Assembly: GCA_030141605.1 (NCBI GenBank)
Contig: JAQGDQ010000990.1
Location: forward strand, 1 to 64,000
Source of the DNA: Tubiluchus corallicola
Taxonomy: Eukaryota; Animalia; Priapulida
Direction of reading: 5' to 3'
Length of the DNA: 64,000 bases
The notes beneath the pieces are model-generated. The model saw nothing but the letters and a program-made list of their open reading frames with translations, had not been told where the DNA came from and did not search any database. Positions 1 through 33,950 of this stretch are shown one piece after another (the first letter of the stretch is position 1; each line of letters starts with the position of its first letter). The position numbers were made by a program, and so were the translations under genes.

Positions 1-526
1 TGGATGCCTGCTGTCAACAACAGTAATCTGTCAACGCAGGAAAGTGCTTACACACTGACGCGTGCGTAAATATAAATGGGCTCAATTTTACCAAACACGT
101 TGATACAAGTTTCATTATCCAGCTGCTATTAAAACTCTGACAACTTAAATTTAGTCCTTCTGCATTTTATAGACAAATCTACTGCAAAATTTTAGTAAAT
201 TTCTATTATTTACTTTGAGAAAATTTTCATATTGGCAGACAAACAATCTTATACCACACCATGTTAGCATTTGACCTTGGACCCTTCGACCTCATAATAT
301 ATAATATATTGTTGGCATTAACCTTTGACCTTTTGACTATGTAATGTACCATATTTATTCCTAATTTCGACTTGTGAGCTCACAATGTATCATGTCTATC
401 AGCGATAATGATATTTGACCTCTCATTTCGAAATATACCACGTCCAAACTTGACATTGACCTTTGAACTTTTGACTGTGTGCCATGTTTTATAACGTTCT
501 TACTGAGTTTTTTTGCATTTCTACAG

Positions 527-20563
<20,037 letters not shown>

Positions 20564-21531
20564 TATTCATTTTCATTCTGTTTAAAGGGGGAAGAAAATG
20601 GAATTTAAAAGTATATCCATGCAAAGTTACGCTTAGCTGTTGGAAACTTATGTTCGACTTATGTAACTAGAAAAGATAATTCTTGATAATTTAAAATGCC
20701 CGTATATTAAAGATATACTGGAAAACGTCACTGTGACACTATCCCAACATGCACCAAAATACATTGTTAAACTTATGGACAAGATACAGTAATTCGTATT
20801 TTTGCTTAGTTAGTGTCGTGTACGCAACGAATGCTCTGATTATTTTTTAAAACTTTACGCAATGTTATCTAGGCTTCATATCGACTAACCGTCAAAATAG
20901 CTGCTCTTAATGATCAACTGAGTTTAAATTTACATTGCTTTCACAGTGTTTTGCTAATCGAAACTTTGCGTGCAATAAGACAGCATGTCAGGTGATGCGA
21001 AATTTTTTAAGGTTTATTTATGAAGATTGTTTTTTTCGCTTGTCTTTTTGGTATTCGTATTTATTCTATCTTAAACTCTTTCGCTCTCATAATCGTTTTT
21101 CCGTTTCAGTAAAGTAAAACACGTAACCATCATGCTTTTACATAAAAATAAAATAAAAAATATTCTAGACCGGAAGTAGAGCTCAATGTTAGCGTGCATT
21201 CCTTCCGGTTGTTGGTTCAATTCTGGTATAGCCATACCAAAGACAAGAAAAGTTACTGCTGGTTCATTATACAGACATGCAGGTTGTATGAGATAATATG
21301 CGGGTAATAATAGTCGCGTTGGAAACATGTATCCCTTGTTGTTGTTGTTGTTGTGGTTGTTGTTGTCGTTGTCGTTGTCGTTATGTTAGTTTGTTATGTC
21401 AATAGCTGAGCACGCCCGCCGTTAAACAAGAGTTTAATCTATTATTTTGATTATCAGAAACGGTTTTGCAGTATTAATTGTGTTAAAATGTATTCTTTTT
21501 ACCTTACTTGAAAATGGGGTAGTATGGCGAA

Positions 21532-22980
21532 CCATAATCAAAAACAAGTTGAGTTTCATTAACTCTTGAATGTATTGCGAATACAAATACTTACCTCATT
21601 CTTGACACAAATGCCACGTAATAATTTTAGTCACATAAGTTCGCATAAAATTACGTTTAAATCTCGCGCTTACTTGTGCCGCCATTGAGCATGGACCTAC
21701 AGCCGCGCCCCTGGCGAGAAAATTGCCTGGCAACATTGGGCAACATTGCAGTTTTTGAACTTTCATTTATATTATTAAATCAGACATTATCAATCGATTG
21801 AATCACTGGTGTGTTTATTGTAACACTTTACTCTTCTAACAGATGTTCAAATTTTCGCGTTCATTTAATTAAACATTATAAATCAGATGAATCATTGACA
21901 CGTTATTTAACACCTTCCCTCTTTGTCTTACATCAGATGCTCAATTTATCAGGTGATTTACCTGTACTTGTTTAATCCATTAACTCTTTTTTTACACTAG
22001 ATCAGTGGTTCCCAACCTTTTCCTTGCCAAGTACCCCTTCTAAATGTGGCGATCTTCAGCGTACCCCCACTTGATATTTTTAAACAAATCGTTTGAAAAA
22101 CCAGTTTCTAGAAAACAACGATTAATATTATCGACATTTTTTTATTTTAACTTTTTTTGAAAACATGAATTTTATCACTGATTATTAAGAAATACGTAAT
22201 TTGAACAACTTTCTCGAATATGAAAACATCAATACAAGGAAACGCGATCTTCACAGCAGTCATAATTAATGCGTACGCTGTTCTCGATGATTATCAACAA
22301 GTTTTTTGATATCAGGTTTACTTGTTGATATTGCGACTCGCATGTCGCTCCTCAAATCTAAACGGTTTCTTGCCTTCGTCTTCAAATGTAGCATTGCACT
22401 GCAGCCTAGCTCACATTTGTATGTTGTCACAAATGGAACCAACACCTCGAATCACCGCAAAATGTGATACAATAGATTACATTACAATTACGTTACTGGT
22501 AGGCAGTTATTAAAATGTACAGCACAAACACAGCGACAAAATATAAGCTTTTCGTGGGCGGGTAAAAGTGTTTTCTAGCACACTGCGCAGGAATGATATT
22601 GTTTGTGAAATATTGCCTAACCTGTAGAAAGAATATCGCGATGCTGCAACTTGGTGTATCTTACCTTTTTCACCGGCTACAAGTGAAAAAATGTGTCGAT
22701 CTGACACACCTGCGTACCCCTGGCATTGCTGTTGCGTACCCCCAGGGGGTACGCGTACCCCCGGTTGGGAACCACTGCACTAGATGCTCAATATATCAGG
22801 TGAATTACCTGTACCTGCGTATATAATTTAACTCTTTGTCTTACACCAGATGCTCAATATATCAGGTGAATTACCCGTACCTGCTTAAATAATTTAACTC
22901 TTTGTCTTACACCAGATGCTCAATATATCAGGTGAATCATGAAACCTGATTAACATCCTTACTTTTGTTTCACACCAAAA
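21532..22980 (+). repeat. Segment paralogous to 35162-35380 plus 38385-38803, with a 60-bp tandem repeat
   Basis: About 200 bp near-identical to 35162-35365, then matches 38385 onward; unit ACACCAGATGCTCAATATATCAGGTGAATTACCTGTAC... Confidence 0.85.
22003..22777. mobile_element. Non-autonomous hAT (Charlie-like) transposon
   Basis: TIR CAGTGGTTCCCAACC / GGTTGGGAACCACTG; 8-bp TSD CACTAGAT at 21995-22002 and 22778-22785; GTACCCC subterminal motifs. Confidence 0.93.
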
Positions 22981-23321
22981 TTTCCCCCCTAATTCAAGTT
23001 TAGTTGAACGTTAGCAATCAGGGGAATCATAGTTATATTATTATTGACAATGACACTTTTGCACTTGGCAATGAGAACGATCCTGGTATGTCTGTATGTT
23101 TAAGCTTGGCCATTAAATGTCAGAAAATTAACGATTTTTTGGGTACCAATTCAATTTAAAAACACTGTATTAGCTTTTCTAAAAACACACTTACTTATAT
23201 ATCATGTAAGTAATTTCTAAGTATTGTAAGCTAAAACATAATATACACTTTCTCTCGTTTTTTTATATTTTTTGATCCTGGTATGAAATAAGTCTGTGTG
23301 AGTTACAAAACCTATTCATTT

Positions 23322-23376
<55 letters not shown>

Positions 23377-24829
23377 TATTATTGTATTATTATATCACAA
23401 ATGTTATGATTACGGTGGCTCAACAACGTATTAAGAAGAAAGTAAACAAAAACTAGTCATTGGTTACGCGCTAAAAGATGGCAGTTTGAATGAACAAATA
23501 GCAAGAAATAAGCTTAGTGTTTTGAGGAAACAGAACAGAAGGTCTGATTCATTTACATGATGCATCTAATTAAATTAATTATGAATTAAATATTTATGAA
23601 ATCTCAATCAGTTAAAATCTTGTGTAGAAACAAAGGACGGTATCACAGTCACGCATCTGACTCATCTGATTTATTACTGATACTTCATTAAATATTCACT
23701 GAAATTCTGAATCAAGGTAATTCGTCTGCGTTGCAACAAAAGGCAAATGTGTTACTCTAAAAAACGTCTAACTCCTTTATTGATTAAGGTTAAGATCTAA
23801 GTTCAAAGATAAAATTATGAATTGACAGTTTCATAATTTATAAGTACAACTAGATACTTTTTTATTTACTGACTCTTAGTACATAAAAACACTGTCAAAA
23901 TTCCCGGTGATATAGACAGTTTTTACAGAACTTTTCATATATTAGCAGCCAGTAAAATACTTTGGTGGCACAAACCACTTAATGTTGGCTTTCTTGATTT
24001 TTCTCGATTTTAGGGTCAAATTAGTAGTTAGAAGAATCTAAGAATTGAAGTTAGAAGATCAGATACAAGAATTCAGGTAAAAGTACGTTCAGGGAAAACA
24101 GCAATAGTTCAAGGTCCGTTCTCTGAACCCATCTTGTGCACTGATGCTCGAGTTTTTAGTACTTCATAAGAAATTCCTCATTTGGGTTATAAGATTCGGT
24201 TTAGCCCATTTTTGTCTCGCTAACAGGATATTAGGTTGGACTAGAGTTCGGAACTTCTCAAATTTTCTTGGCCAGTCAGTGATGATGCCCTCTTTGTATA
24301 AGGAGGTAGGGAGAAGACGGACCAAATATATGTATCAATTAGTCTTGAGTGGTTAGTACAATCCCGTTGCAAAGGATTAAGATAGGACTCTATGTGCTCA
24401 TGTAATGGGTGATGCGTATTGACTAAATTCTTTTAGTGCCACTCGAGCAATCCAAAACAGCTTTCAATCTTTGTTCCAGCGAAAAAGTTACGGAATATTA
24501 AGATTATTCCTCTACTATAAATGAATTATATGCGAATTCCAAGAAATATAATAAGCCTTGGTTCAATAAGGTTTGTATCTCGAATTTTGCGTTATTCTAC
24601 ATTTTTTAAAATTAATGTCATTTTGAAGTTTGTAATTATGAAGGCAGAAAATACAGAAAGGTGGGAGAGTTCTTTATGAAGGACTGAAGGCAGGATGACG
24701 ACGCTAACGTCTGGGATTAATCTAGGAAAACAAAGACAAAACGAGAATCTAAAGCTTATTTAAACTGCTTCATATCTCAGAATAAACTATGCATAACGCT
24801 TAGCAGAATGTAGCACTCTGTACATCTAG

Positions 24830-25260
24830 CCTTTGTAATTTTACCATTTTAGTCTTTATCAAAATTCAAACTTTTTTATCAACAAAAAAAAATAAAAGTT
24901 GAACTTAAGTAAATTTTAAGCCATGGCTAATAAAACCTTTATTATTTCGTAAAGTAACTTTAACTTTTATAGTTAAAAACATGTCAAACGTTTCGACAGA
25001 TTACTGCTATCATGACAGTTTTTTATCTTCTATTTTTATTTTCGTTTTTATTCATTAAAGAGTTTGAATTTGATAAAGACTTAAATTATAAATTATTAAG
25101 GTTAAATGTACATAGTGAATCATGCCAAACGTTTCGACAGACTGCAGCTGCCATCATTATGATGATACAGCAGTGGCCTGTCGAAACATTTGACATGATT
25201 TTAATTATGTAAAGTAAAGGTTTTAATAAAGTTGTGTTGTTAATTAACTATAAACATTTT
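24830..25260. repeat. Nested inverted repeats with decayed hammerhead-like TGATGA..GTCGAAAC motifs (Penelope-like remnant)
   Basis: About 24850-24900 inverted against 25035-25082; local palindrome 25120-25198; related piece at 34375-34460. Confidence 0.5.
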
Positions 25261-25617
25261 TAGGTGCCTGTAATAAAAAAGTAACTTTAACTTTGTAATT
25301 TTACTTCACACTATTAGCCTAATGGTTATTATTTTATATGTTGCTTTGTTTTTATTTACGATTGTGTGTAATTGCATTAGACTTGATAATTATGTTTATT
25401 ATTCTCATTGTTTTTCTTTGTGTATAATACGTTTTGATTTTGTTGTTATGAAGTAAAATAAGCTTGTTGTCTTCATTGTGTTTAGTGCGTTAGACTATAA
25501 AATTATGCATATGACAATATGTTCTATGCTTTGTAAAATTGCTTTTTGCAATTTTAAAACTTATTCAAGCAAATTGAGGGAATGTATATTGTACATGGAT
25601 TCTTAAAAATAAATGAA

Positions 25618-25805
<188 letters not shown>

Positions 25806-25859
25806 AATGGTTAATATATATATAGAACATATAGCAACAGGCACTATTACAACTGTTAC

Positions 25860-26170
25860 AATATAAGTTTGGAAGTTAAATAAAAGATTAAACTGTTCTT
25901 GAATCTCATTGTTCTGCATCTAAATAAGGGGTATTTGATGGTGGCGAGTGCTATATCTATGACTATGGGCACCTGGCAATAGAGTGTGGATTTTGTTATT
26001 AGGATTTTGAATTGATGAGGATAATTTTTTGCAAGAATTTTGGCGACAGTTAAATAAAGCTTGAACATCAGAGTAGAGCCAATCTGTATAGTTTTCTTTT
26101 GAAAGAATTATTTTCAATGAACGTTTTTGAACTGTTTATAACAAGTCAGAGAGATTTTTGCAGAGAGATG
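25860..26170 (-). mobile_element. CR1/L2-group LINE 3' relic
   Basis: KIHTLLP...CRTMRFKNSLI across frameshifts, typical RTxRFKNSF end. Confidence 0.65.
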
Positions 26171-26999
26171 AGTGTCATTCCTGATAAGCGTATATTTATA
26201 TTGTATAATGTAATTTGGGCAAGTTACTGTTATCAGCGTGAAACAAAGGCTCCACTCAATTAGGTCACTTTAAATAATATAACAGCTGCATCTGCTTTGC
26301 TCAGGTAAAATTAATTAGGACTGATCTATTACCTGATGTACAATCCAATTTTAATGAACTAACATGGATGTGCCGCAACAGACGTGTTACTTAAGTACTT
26401 CGCTTAATTACGATAATAGTGGCGTTGATCAACTCGAACAAAAGAAAAATCCGTGAATTATTTAATTAATCATGAGCGCGGCAAAGTTGAAAGACGTACA
26501 ACAAGTTTCTTAGTAAATCATGTATGCAGTAGGTATGGCAATATCAAAGTCTACGCAAGACCAATTTAATTCATTTAACGCAATTTTAGGTCCTCCAAAA
26601 TTAACGACTTCTTAAAAACGTTTATTTTTTGATTAAATATGTCTTCGTAGTCATCGCAGACATTTTAGCATTGTACAGTGAAGTGAATTCTAAGCAGGCT
26701 TCAAAGAAAAATTTTAAGGTATCCTTTCTATGGAAACGTCTGGAGTTTTTTTATTGGAAGTTCTAGTAAAAAGACAATTTAAAAAACGCTGCAAAATATA
26801 AGTGGTCAGTGTACTTCATTGTGAAAAATTTTTGAAGTGTCAATAAAATTTATTCGTCATTTCGTTTTAATAAAACTAAAAAAGGCGGTGCTAATATAAT
26901 CCTGTATAAATAACAGTTCGTTGGTGAATGACTCAATAAACGTTGTTTTCTATTCGCTGTGCATATTTTTTAAGGTTGATAGCTTAATTAGTTTATACG

Positions 27000-27580
27000 G
27001 AGATATGGCAGTTTCTAGTTTTACAGTATGGCTTTCTGGTAAATACAATAATGAATTACTGCGTTATTTATTCTTCTGGCATTAAATTATTTAAGAGTCG
27101 GCTTCTGTGTTGATCAGTCGGAAGCCAGTGGAATTATTGGAATTACTAGAAGGTAACTAGTGAAAGTGAGCATATGGCAATTTCTACTTTAAGCTAATGC
27201 AACAAATGATTAACTTTGTTAATTAGTCTTCTGGCACTAAATTATTCAGGAAAATGCTTCTGGTTTAATTAGTGGAATTAGGAGAAGCTACTTATTGAAA
27301 ATAAGCAATGAGTGGATGGTAATTTAGACTTTGTTCTAATGGCAGCAATGCTATAATAAATTAATGCGTTAATTAGTGTTCTGACACTAAATTATTCGGG
27401 AAAAGGCTTCTGGTTTATTTAGTGGAATTAGAGTGGAATTAGTGGAGTCAGGAGAAGCTAATTAGTGAATCTGAGCATATGGTAGCTTCTACTTTGGTCT
27501 TATGGCGGTAATGCAATAATGATTTGATACATTAAGTATTCTTCTGTGTCTAAATTATTTAAGAACAGGTTTCTGGTCTT
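27000..27580. repeat. Degenerate tandem repeat of about 150 bp
   Basis: TAAATTATT...GCTTCTG motif recurs at about 27085, 27238, 27388, 27551. Confidence 0.6.
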
Positions 27581-29050
27581 CCAAAAGATTTGTATGTTAT
27601 GTTTGAATGGCATTCGTTTGTTGGCTTACACATATGTCAGAAATTTTGTTCATTTGTATTTCTTTATCTTTCTATGAAAGAAGAAAAAGTGGAGACATGT
27701 AGGCTGAATTCGTAATCGAAAAAACCTCCTCAACTTTGTTTCTGATTCAAATAAATATAATTATGTGAAATTAAAGCTGCTTTATACAATCGTGTTTTAT
27801 ACCTGAGAAAGAAATCAAGAACGTAGATTAAAACAAGCGCATAATTCTTACAATTGGGCGCCTTATGTAAAAAACGAAAAATTAAGATGCTTATATTAGT
27901 AATTACATTAGTAAATAGAGAAACGCCAGCCTACTGAATTATATCATTATACGTTTTAGTATGACGTAGTACGTAACGACAAGTGCTCTATAAATATGAT
28001 ACTGAACGATAATAACAGACAAACATTACTCCACGACAAATAAACAAGGTGTTTCGCACCTTAGTATCGATTAGGGGCTAATTTGCCTCATATAGACACG
28101 AGGGCTTTTCTGTTTGTGCTAGCATAACGTGATTAGCTGTACACTGTAGTATGACAACATGTTTCGGGACATTGCTGCTCACTGCCTCCTAACGAAAGGG
28201 ACATTGAAATTCTTTCAAAATTCATTAAGAAATCGCCCAGAAAAATCAGCGCTTTGCCATAAGAGGAGAGAAATGGTCTGCAGGATAATTTTATTTCAGA
28301 CATTTACAGTCCATAGAACAGTAAAATAAGGCACAAGTAACAACTTACAGTCAGTTTACAGAAATATAATAAGCTTATATACAAGAGCATTATTAAATTG
28401 TTTAATCAAATCTCCACTCACTAAAATGAGAATCGTTTCAGTTTTATGAATTCCCACTGAGGCACTGCGGAATGTTTGACAAAAGGGTTATCAAGTCTTT
28501 ACGGGGCCCTTGGCTGATGCCTTTGTCCTGTCATCTCTATTGTAAATTTATGGTTGCTTATGTAGCGACAAGTTTAAACAATTACTTGTGGTGTATTAGA
28601 AACACCGTTACCCTAGTTTCTACACAGTCTTTGTTAATTATATGTACTTGCATTGCGGTTATAACAAAATAGGCTGCGCAACTGCTTGTTGTGTGTACTA
28701 CATTGCGCTCCGTTAAGTGTCACTTGTTTAAAATTTTTGTTCAGTAACTGCTTGTGGTGTGTTATAAAATATGTCCTTTACATGAATTTAAAAGCATACA
28801 CATTTTCTGAGGTGAATAATTTTTTTCTAAAAAGTGATTTCCTTCAAAACTTTGCTATAGCCTAGTTAGACTATTGGTTAATGTGCCCCGATTGCGACAT
28901 CCCATTTTAATCCTGTTACTAAATCACATTTTAGGATGTCTGTTTGTATTTTTATTTTTCCGATGTATTTTTATATTTTGTTGTTTTTTGTTGTAGAAAA
29001 GAACTTTAGCTGCTCATTTTATTTATGTAGATAATTGCATTAGATAAAAT

Positions 29051-29254
29051 TTACCTTACCTTACCTTACCTTTCCTTACCTTACCTGACCTTACCACAAC
29101 CTTACCTTACATTACTTTACCTTTCCTTTCCTTACCTTACCTTACCTTACCTTACCTTACCTTAGCTTACCTTACCTTACCTTACCTTACCTTACCTTAC
29201 CTTACCTTACCTTACCTTACCTTACCTTACCTTACATTACCTTAACTCACCTTA
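29051..29254. repeat. (CCTTA)n microsatellite
   Basis: Direct inspection. Confidence 0.95.
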
Positions 29255-29479
29255 ATTTTTTCTTAAACAAGGCACTGTGTGGAATGGCCACGCATTATTG
29301 ATCATGTTATGGGCAAATCTAATGATAATAGACGACATGTTACGAAGCTTATAAGTAACAAAAAGGAAGAAAGAAATAGACACATTTTGCATGAAGCATT
29401 GGCCACTGACCACTTTCAGAGGGCGCCCTGCAATCCTCATAATTATGTAGGCCTAGTATTTGAGTAATTGAGTATGCTC

Positions 29480-29670
29480 GAGTGTTAAAGAAATGAAATC
29501 GAAGACGAATTACACTTTGTTATAAAATACCCATATCTTAGAGGAAAATTATATAATCACATCTATGTAATTATATCAGAATTTTTTCTTATGAGCGATG
29601 CTGATAAATTTTTATTTTTGATAGGAAGTAATGATTTAGAAGTAATTAAGGCATTTGTTGATGAACAATA
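29480..29670 (+). mobile_element. LINE C-terminal relic (RTE-X-like)
   Basis: NEIEDELHFVIK motif, similar to the relic at 63000-63530. Confidence 0.45.
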
Positions 29671-30587
29671 TACTATGTAATGACCATATTATTGAAAATG
29701 AGGCCTAATGAATGACAATTTAATCTAAATACTAATCATTAAACTTTTCATGTAAATAACAGGAAGATTTAATAATATTTGTTTTACTATTATTGTTTTA
29801 TTTAATTGTTTTGTCATTTTATTTCTAAATTGAAATTGTGTGTGTGTCTAGTTTTTTCTAGTATTGTATGTATTTTTGACACTAATCTACATCTATATGT
29901 AAAAAGATGGATTTTCAACATTTTCAACATTCAATTTCAGCTTGTTTTACATTTTGTGCTTCATCAAATTTCATTATAAAACTCAAAGAAAATTCCTGGT
30001 ATGTCAGACATTGACAAATCCAGAGTTAGTGTGGTTTCTTTACAGACCAATTTCTGTATTGTAAGGTGGCGCCGCCATGCGAATACTTCCAACATAATTG
30101 ATAATTGAAACCTGATTCTATACTGAGTTTTTGTCTAAAGTATGATGACAGAAGTTTGTTAAAAATTACGCTAGAAAAATAATTAATGCAGTAATTATTA
30201 TTGCATTACTGCCATTAGTTGAAAGTAGAAGCTGCCATATGTTCACATCAACTAATTAACCTGCCAATCTTAATATAGAATTCAGAGAATCAAATCAGGT
30301 TTCGTGGTGTAACTAATAAGCAACATTTTTTTTGAAAAGAAATCATGGTTTTTGTTATAACAAAATGTTAGTTACGGATTATTCAATACGCGGTGAGTGC
30401 ATTGTGGACTGTGCTGCTGTTGGTTTAACCGCAATATCCCGGAATATCTGTGAATCTTTTGCGCGGGAAAGTTAACCGTAATTGTTTTCACAAGCAAGAG
30501 AGCCAAATTACGTTAATTTGAGGTAAGTCTCAAAATGATTACATGAAAATTACTTGCATAGTTAAACCACATTATTAGGCGAATTTA

Positions 30588-31002
30588 TGATAAGTAAGTA
30601 AGTAGGTAGGCAGGTAGGTAGGCAGGTATGTAGGTAGGTAAGTAGGTAGGTAGGTAAGTAAGTAGGTAGCTAGGTAGGTAGTTAGGTAGGTAGGTAGGTA
30701 GGAAGGTAGGTAGGTAGGTAGGTAGGTAGGTAGGTAGGTAGGTAGGTAGGTAGGTAGGTAGGTAGGTAGGTAGGTAGGTAGGTAGGCATGTAGGTAGGTA
30801 GGTAGTTAGGTAGGTAGGTAGGTAGGTAGGTAGGTAGGTAGGTAGGTAAATAGGTAGGTAGGTAGGTTGGTAGGTAGGTAGGTAGGTAGGTAGGTAGGTA
30901 GGTAGGTAGGCTGGTTGGTAGTTAGTTAGGTAGGTAGGTAGGTAGATAGGTAGGTAGGTAAGCAAGCAGGCAGGTAAGTAGGTGGGTAAGTAAGTAAATA
31001 AG
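30588..31002. repeat. (GTAG)n microsatellite
   Basis: Direct inspection. Confidence 0.95.
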
Positions 31003-31169
31003 TGAGCAATCTATTGTTATTACAGCTTAACACACACAATGAGGTTTATGGTTTTACGTACGTTACATGGTTTTGCAGTAACTTACAGAAACAACAAGGA
31101 GATTAACACAAATAATTCAATCAGTTGTACAGTGACATAAAGAATTAATATTGGAGATTTACTGAAATT

Positions 31170-31810
31170 TACTGTTGATGGTGCGAATTACAACGGGATA
31201 GAAAGAATTTAAAGTTCTTGTGGTTTTAGCGTTAATTGAGCAGAATCTACGACCAGATGGGAAGCATTTCAAAATATTTATTACCTGGATGGAATTCATC
31301 TTTCATGATAACTTGCGCACTCTTTGTGACCCTAGTTTCATACAAATATGTCGTAGATTGCTGTTGAATTCCTACAATTTTTGAGGCGCATTTAATAATT
31401 TGATAAAGAGCTTTGCTTTGCAATCTCCCTACGTGGTGGCGCCATGGTACCAAACAGTGAGGGATGTTGTTAAGACGTTCTCAATTACTGCACGATAAAA
31501 ACTTTCCATCACAGTAGGGACAACGTTATAAGATGTCAAGTATCTAAAAAGTACAGACGCTGGCGGGCCTTTTTACACAATAGTCACATTAACTTCCCTG
31601 ATCATCTGAAATTTTATTCCCAAATATTTGAAATCTTTAACAACTTCTGCATCTGTTTTATTTATAAGTAAAGATGCTTTTCCACCAGGCTTCTCTCTAA
31701 AATCTACGACAATTTCTTTTGTTTTCGAAACATTCAGTTCTAAATTATTCTATTCGCACCACCGTATTAAATTTTGAACTTCCAGAAAATAATTAGTCTC
31801 GTTGTTATTG
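31170..31810 (-). mobile_element. Rex1/Babar-like LINE reverse-transcriptase 3' relic
   Basis: NNLELNVSKTKEIVVDFREK, FKYLG, FYRAVIENVLT, DEFHPG..FEMLP; frameshifted. Confidence 0.8.
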
Positions 31811-32029
31811 CAATTAAGATTATTATAAGAATTGATTAATACTAATATTGTAATTATTTGATAGTTTATAATAATAATAATTAGTTTGAAATTAAAATAT
31901 GTTCGGAGGTGTGAATTTAACAAAAATCTTTAGTGAGTCAGAAAAATTTGTCACACAAGAATACGCAAAATTTAATGAAATTTACCTGCATTTCGATAAA
32001 TTAATTACTGAATGGGAGAAAATTGAAGT

Positions 32030-32402
32030 ACAGCGCTACTGTAAGAGGTTCTGTGTGTTGTACTAAAGCACGGCAAATTTTATGAAAAAAGTTAAGCTGC
32101 ACTTACGCATGAGCTGTCGTACGTGTGCTGTTCGTCACAAACTAACACATCTGAACTGAGACATACAGCACCTGTTTTTTTGTGCAACGCTTTCCGAATG
32201 CAGGCGCTGGTGCCCGTCTAACCAGCAAATGGCGAAATGCATGTAACAGCGAATAACTAGTGGCGCAAACGAAATTGTGATTGTGTAGGTAATAATTATT
32301 TCAAGTAAGTCATTCTTTAAAAAATAGTATGTTTCCTTTTAATATTTTAAAGAATAGGTTGTGTTGACCTACAGTTTAACATTGGATCGGGTTTTGCTTT
32401 AA
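32030..32402. repeat. Dispersed repeat; second copy 35688-36612 interrupted by an insertion
   Basis: Shared GCTACTGTAAGA..., CTAACACATCTGAACTGAG and TTGACCTACAGTTTAA...GGTTTTGCTTTAA. Confidence 0.65.
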
Positions 32403-33580
32403 GGCCGCCATGTTTCGCAGCTTTGACGCCGAGTGAGTGAGAATGTCACGTGATCTGCGCATAAAGCTTCTATGGTCCTAATTATGGCGGCTTGCATGGT
32501 GCGCGATCAAATTAGACAGAATGTTTCAGTTGTTATATATAAGCCAGTTGCTCTGCTTCAAATTTAGCTAAAAATTTTGTGTTAAACGAAAAAATTTCAC
32601 AGCTAAGCTTTTACTTCAGATTATTTATTTATTAAATTAAATAAATTACCCAGATCTAGGTACGGGAATAATATGTATTTGGTTTAGTCGGCACTTTAGT
32701 AGGTTAAGCAAAAGTCTAACTACTATTCGTCTAAAAAATTCTCACATTTAAAATGTATGCTTTGACGAAATTGCAGACAGCTTTTTCACTTGGGTTTAGC
32801 AGTGATCTACTTTAGGACAGCTAGAGAATAGCAAATAGAATTTCAAAATTAAACAGGATTTGTGTCTAAAATGCACAAGTTTAAAGTTTCAATTGCAGGC
32901 TATCACAAGTGTTACCAGAATCCTAAAATTGTGAAATTATTATTAGACTCATGCCTCATACGCCAAGGCCTACAATATGATGCTACACTTTCGTTCATCT
33001 GTGCGTGACTTGGACACTAAAGCCAATGATACAATGCTGAAATACACAAACCGGCAGAGGTCGGCTGTATTAAAAAGATCGCTCAAATTAGACTACATAA
33101 AAGGAGGAATATGACGAAAATCAAAGTTGAACTTATTTTTAACTGACTCACCCGAAGGTAAGTTGGCAAAAAAATTTAGTGCTGTGTTACTCAGTAATTG
33201 AGTATTTTATTTATTTTATCCCGCGGGGAAAGTCGTGGAGCGCTCTTTGCGCCTCTCCCGGGGAAAAACTGCGAAATAGTGCCCTCTGCGCAGCTACGTT
33301 ACAGCCAGAATTGCGGGCAAGCCATATCACAGTTGAAAGAATAGTTAGGACAGTCCGTATGTGTGAGTATGGTTTTTTGTGCTCGCGCATGCGCGAGCCT
33401 TAGCCCGGTAGAATTCGACATTTTGTTTGTTCGTGTAAAGATTTAGCTGCATTTTAGTTAATTTATTTTGGAAATTTTAAGCGCTAACTTTAAGCTTAAC
33501 CACCGGAAACGGAAGATCATGATTACTGTGCATTTACCAAATAAAAAAATGATACCAGTAGATATTCTGGTGTAATGTAA

Positions 33581-33950
33581 TGTTCTGCCGTGGGTTGCAA
33601 AAATGATCAACTCGACAATAAAGAGGTCAGCTTTTGTAGATTTTCTCTAGATGACAAGAGGTCTGTAATTTTGCACTTAAAATAATTTTGTTATTGTTAC
33701 CTTTCAGTTAAAATCATTTGCATCTGCTGTAAAAATAATTTATTTTACTATGGTTACTACTATTGTTCGTTTGTGGAGCAGCAAGCTAACAAGCCAAAAT
33801 GGAAAATGTACTTAAGTACAACGAAATTTTTGGTTGCATGCTAAAATATTCAATCCTTCAAATTTTTAGGTCAAAAGAGTGGACTCATCTTTGTCAGGAG
33901 CAAGATCTTAATGATGCAAAAAACGAGTCTTTGACACAGCTGAAATGGAA
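33581..33950 (+). pseudogene. THAP zinc-finger relic in two exons (33581-33660, 33870-about 33950), probably transposon-derived
   Basis: CSAVGCKN...EVSFCRFSLDDKR|SKEWTHLC across a phase-matched GT-AG intron; in-frame stop just upstream; CxxH half missing. Confidence 0.6.

Noticed and set aside
24000-24560. Possible coding relic on minus (HHPLHEHIESYL)
   Set aside because: Multiple stops and only a weak LINE-like motif; cannot be assigned by eye
29051-29254. Interstitial arthropod telomere repeat
   Set aside because: Unit is CCTTA (TAAGG), not CCTAA (TTAGG)
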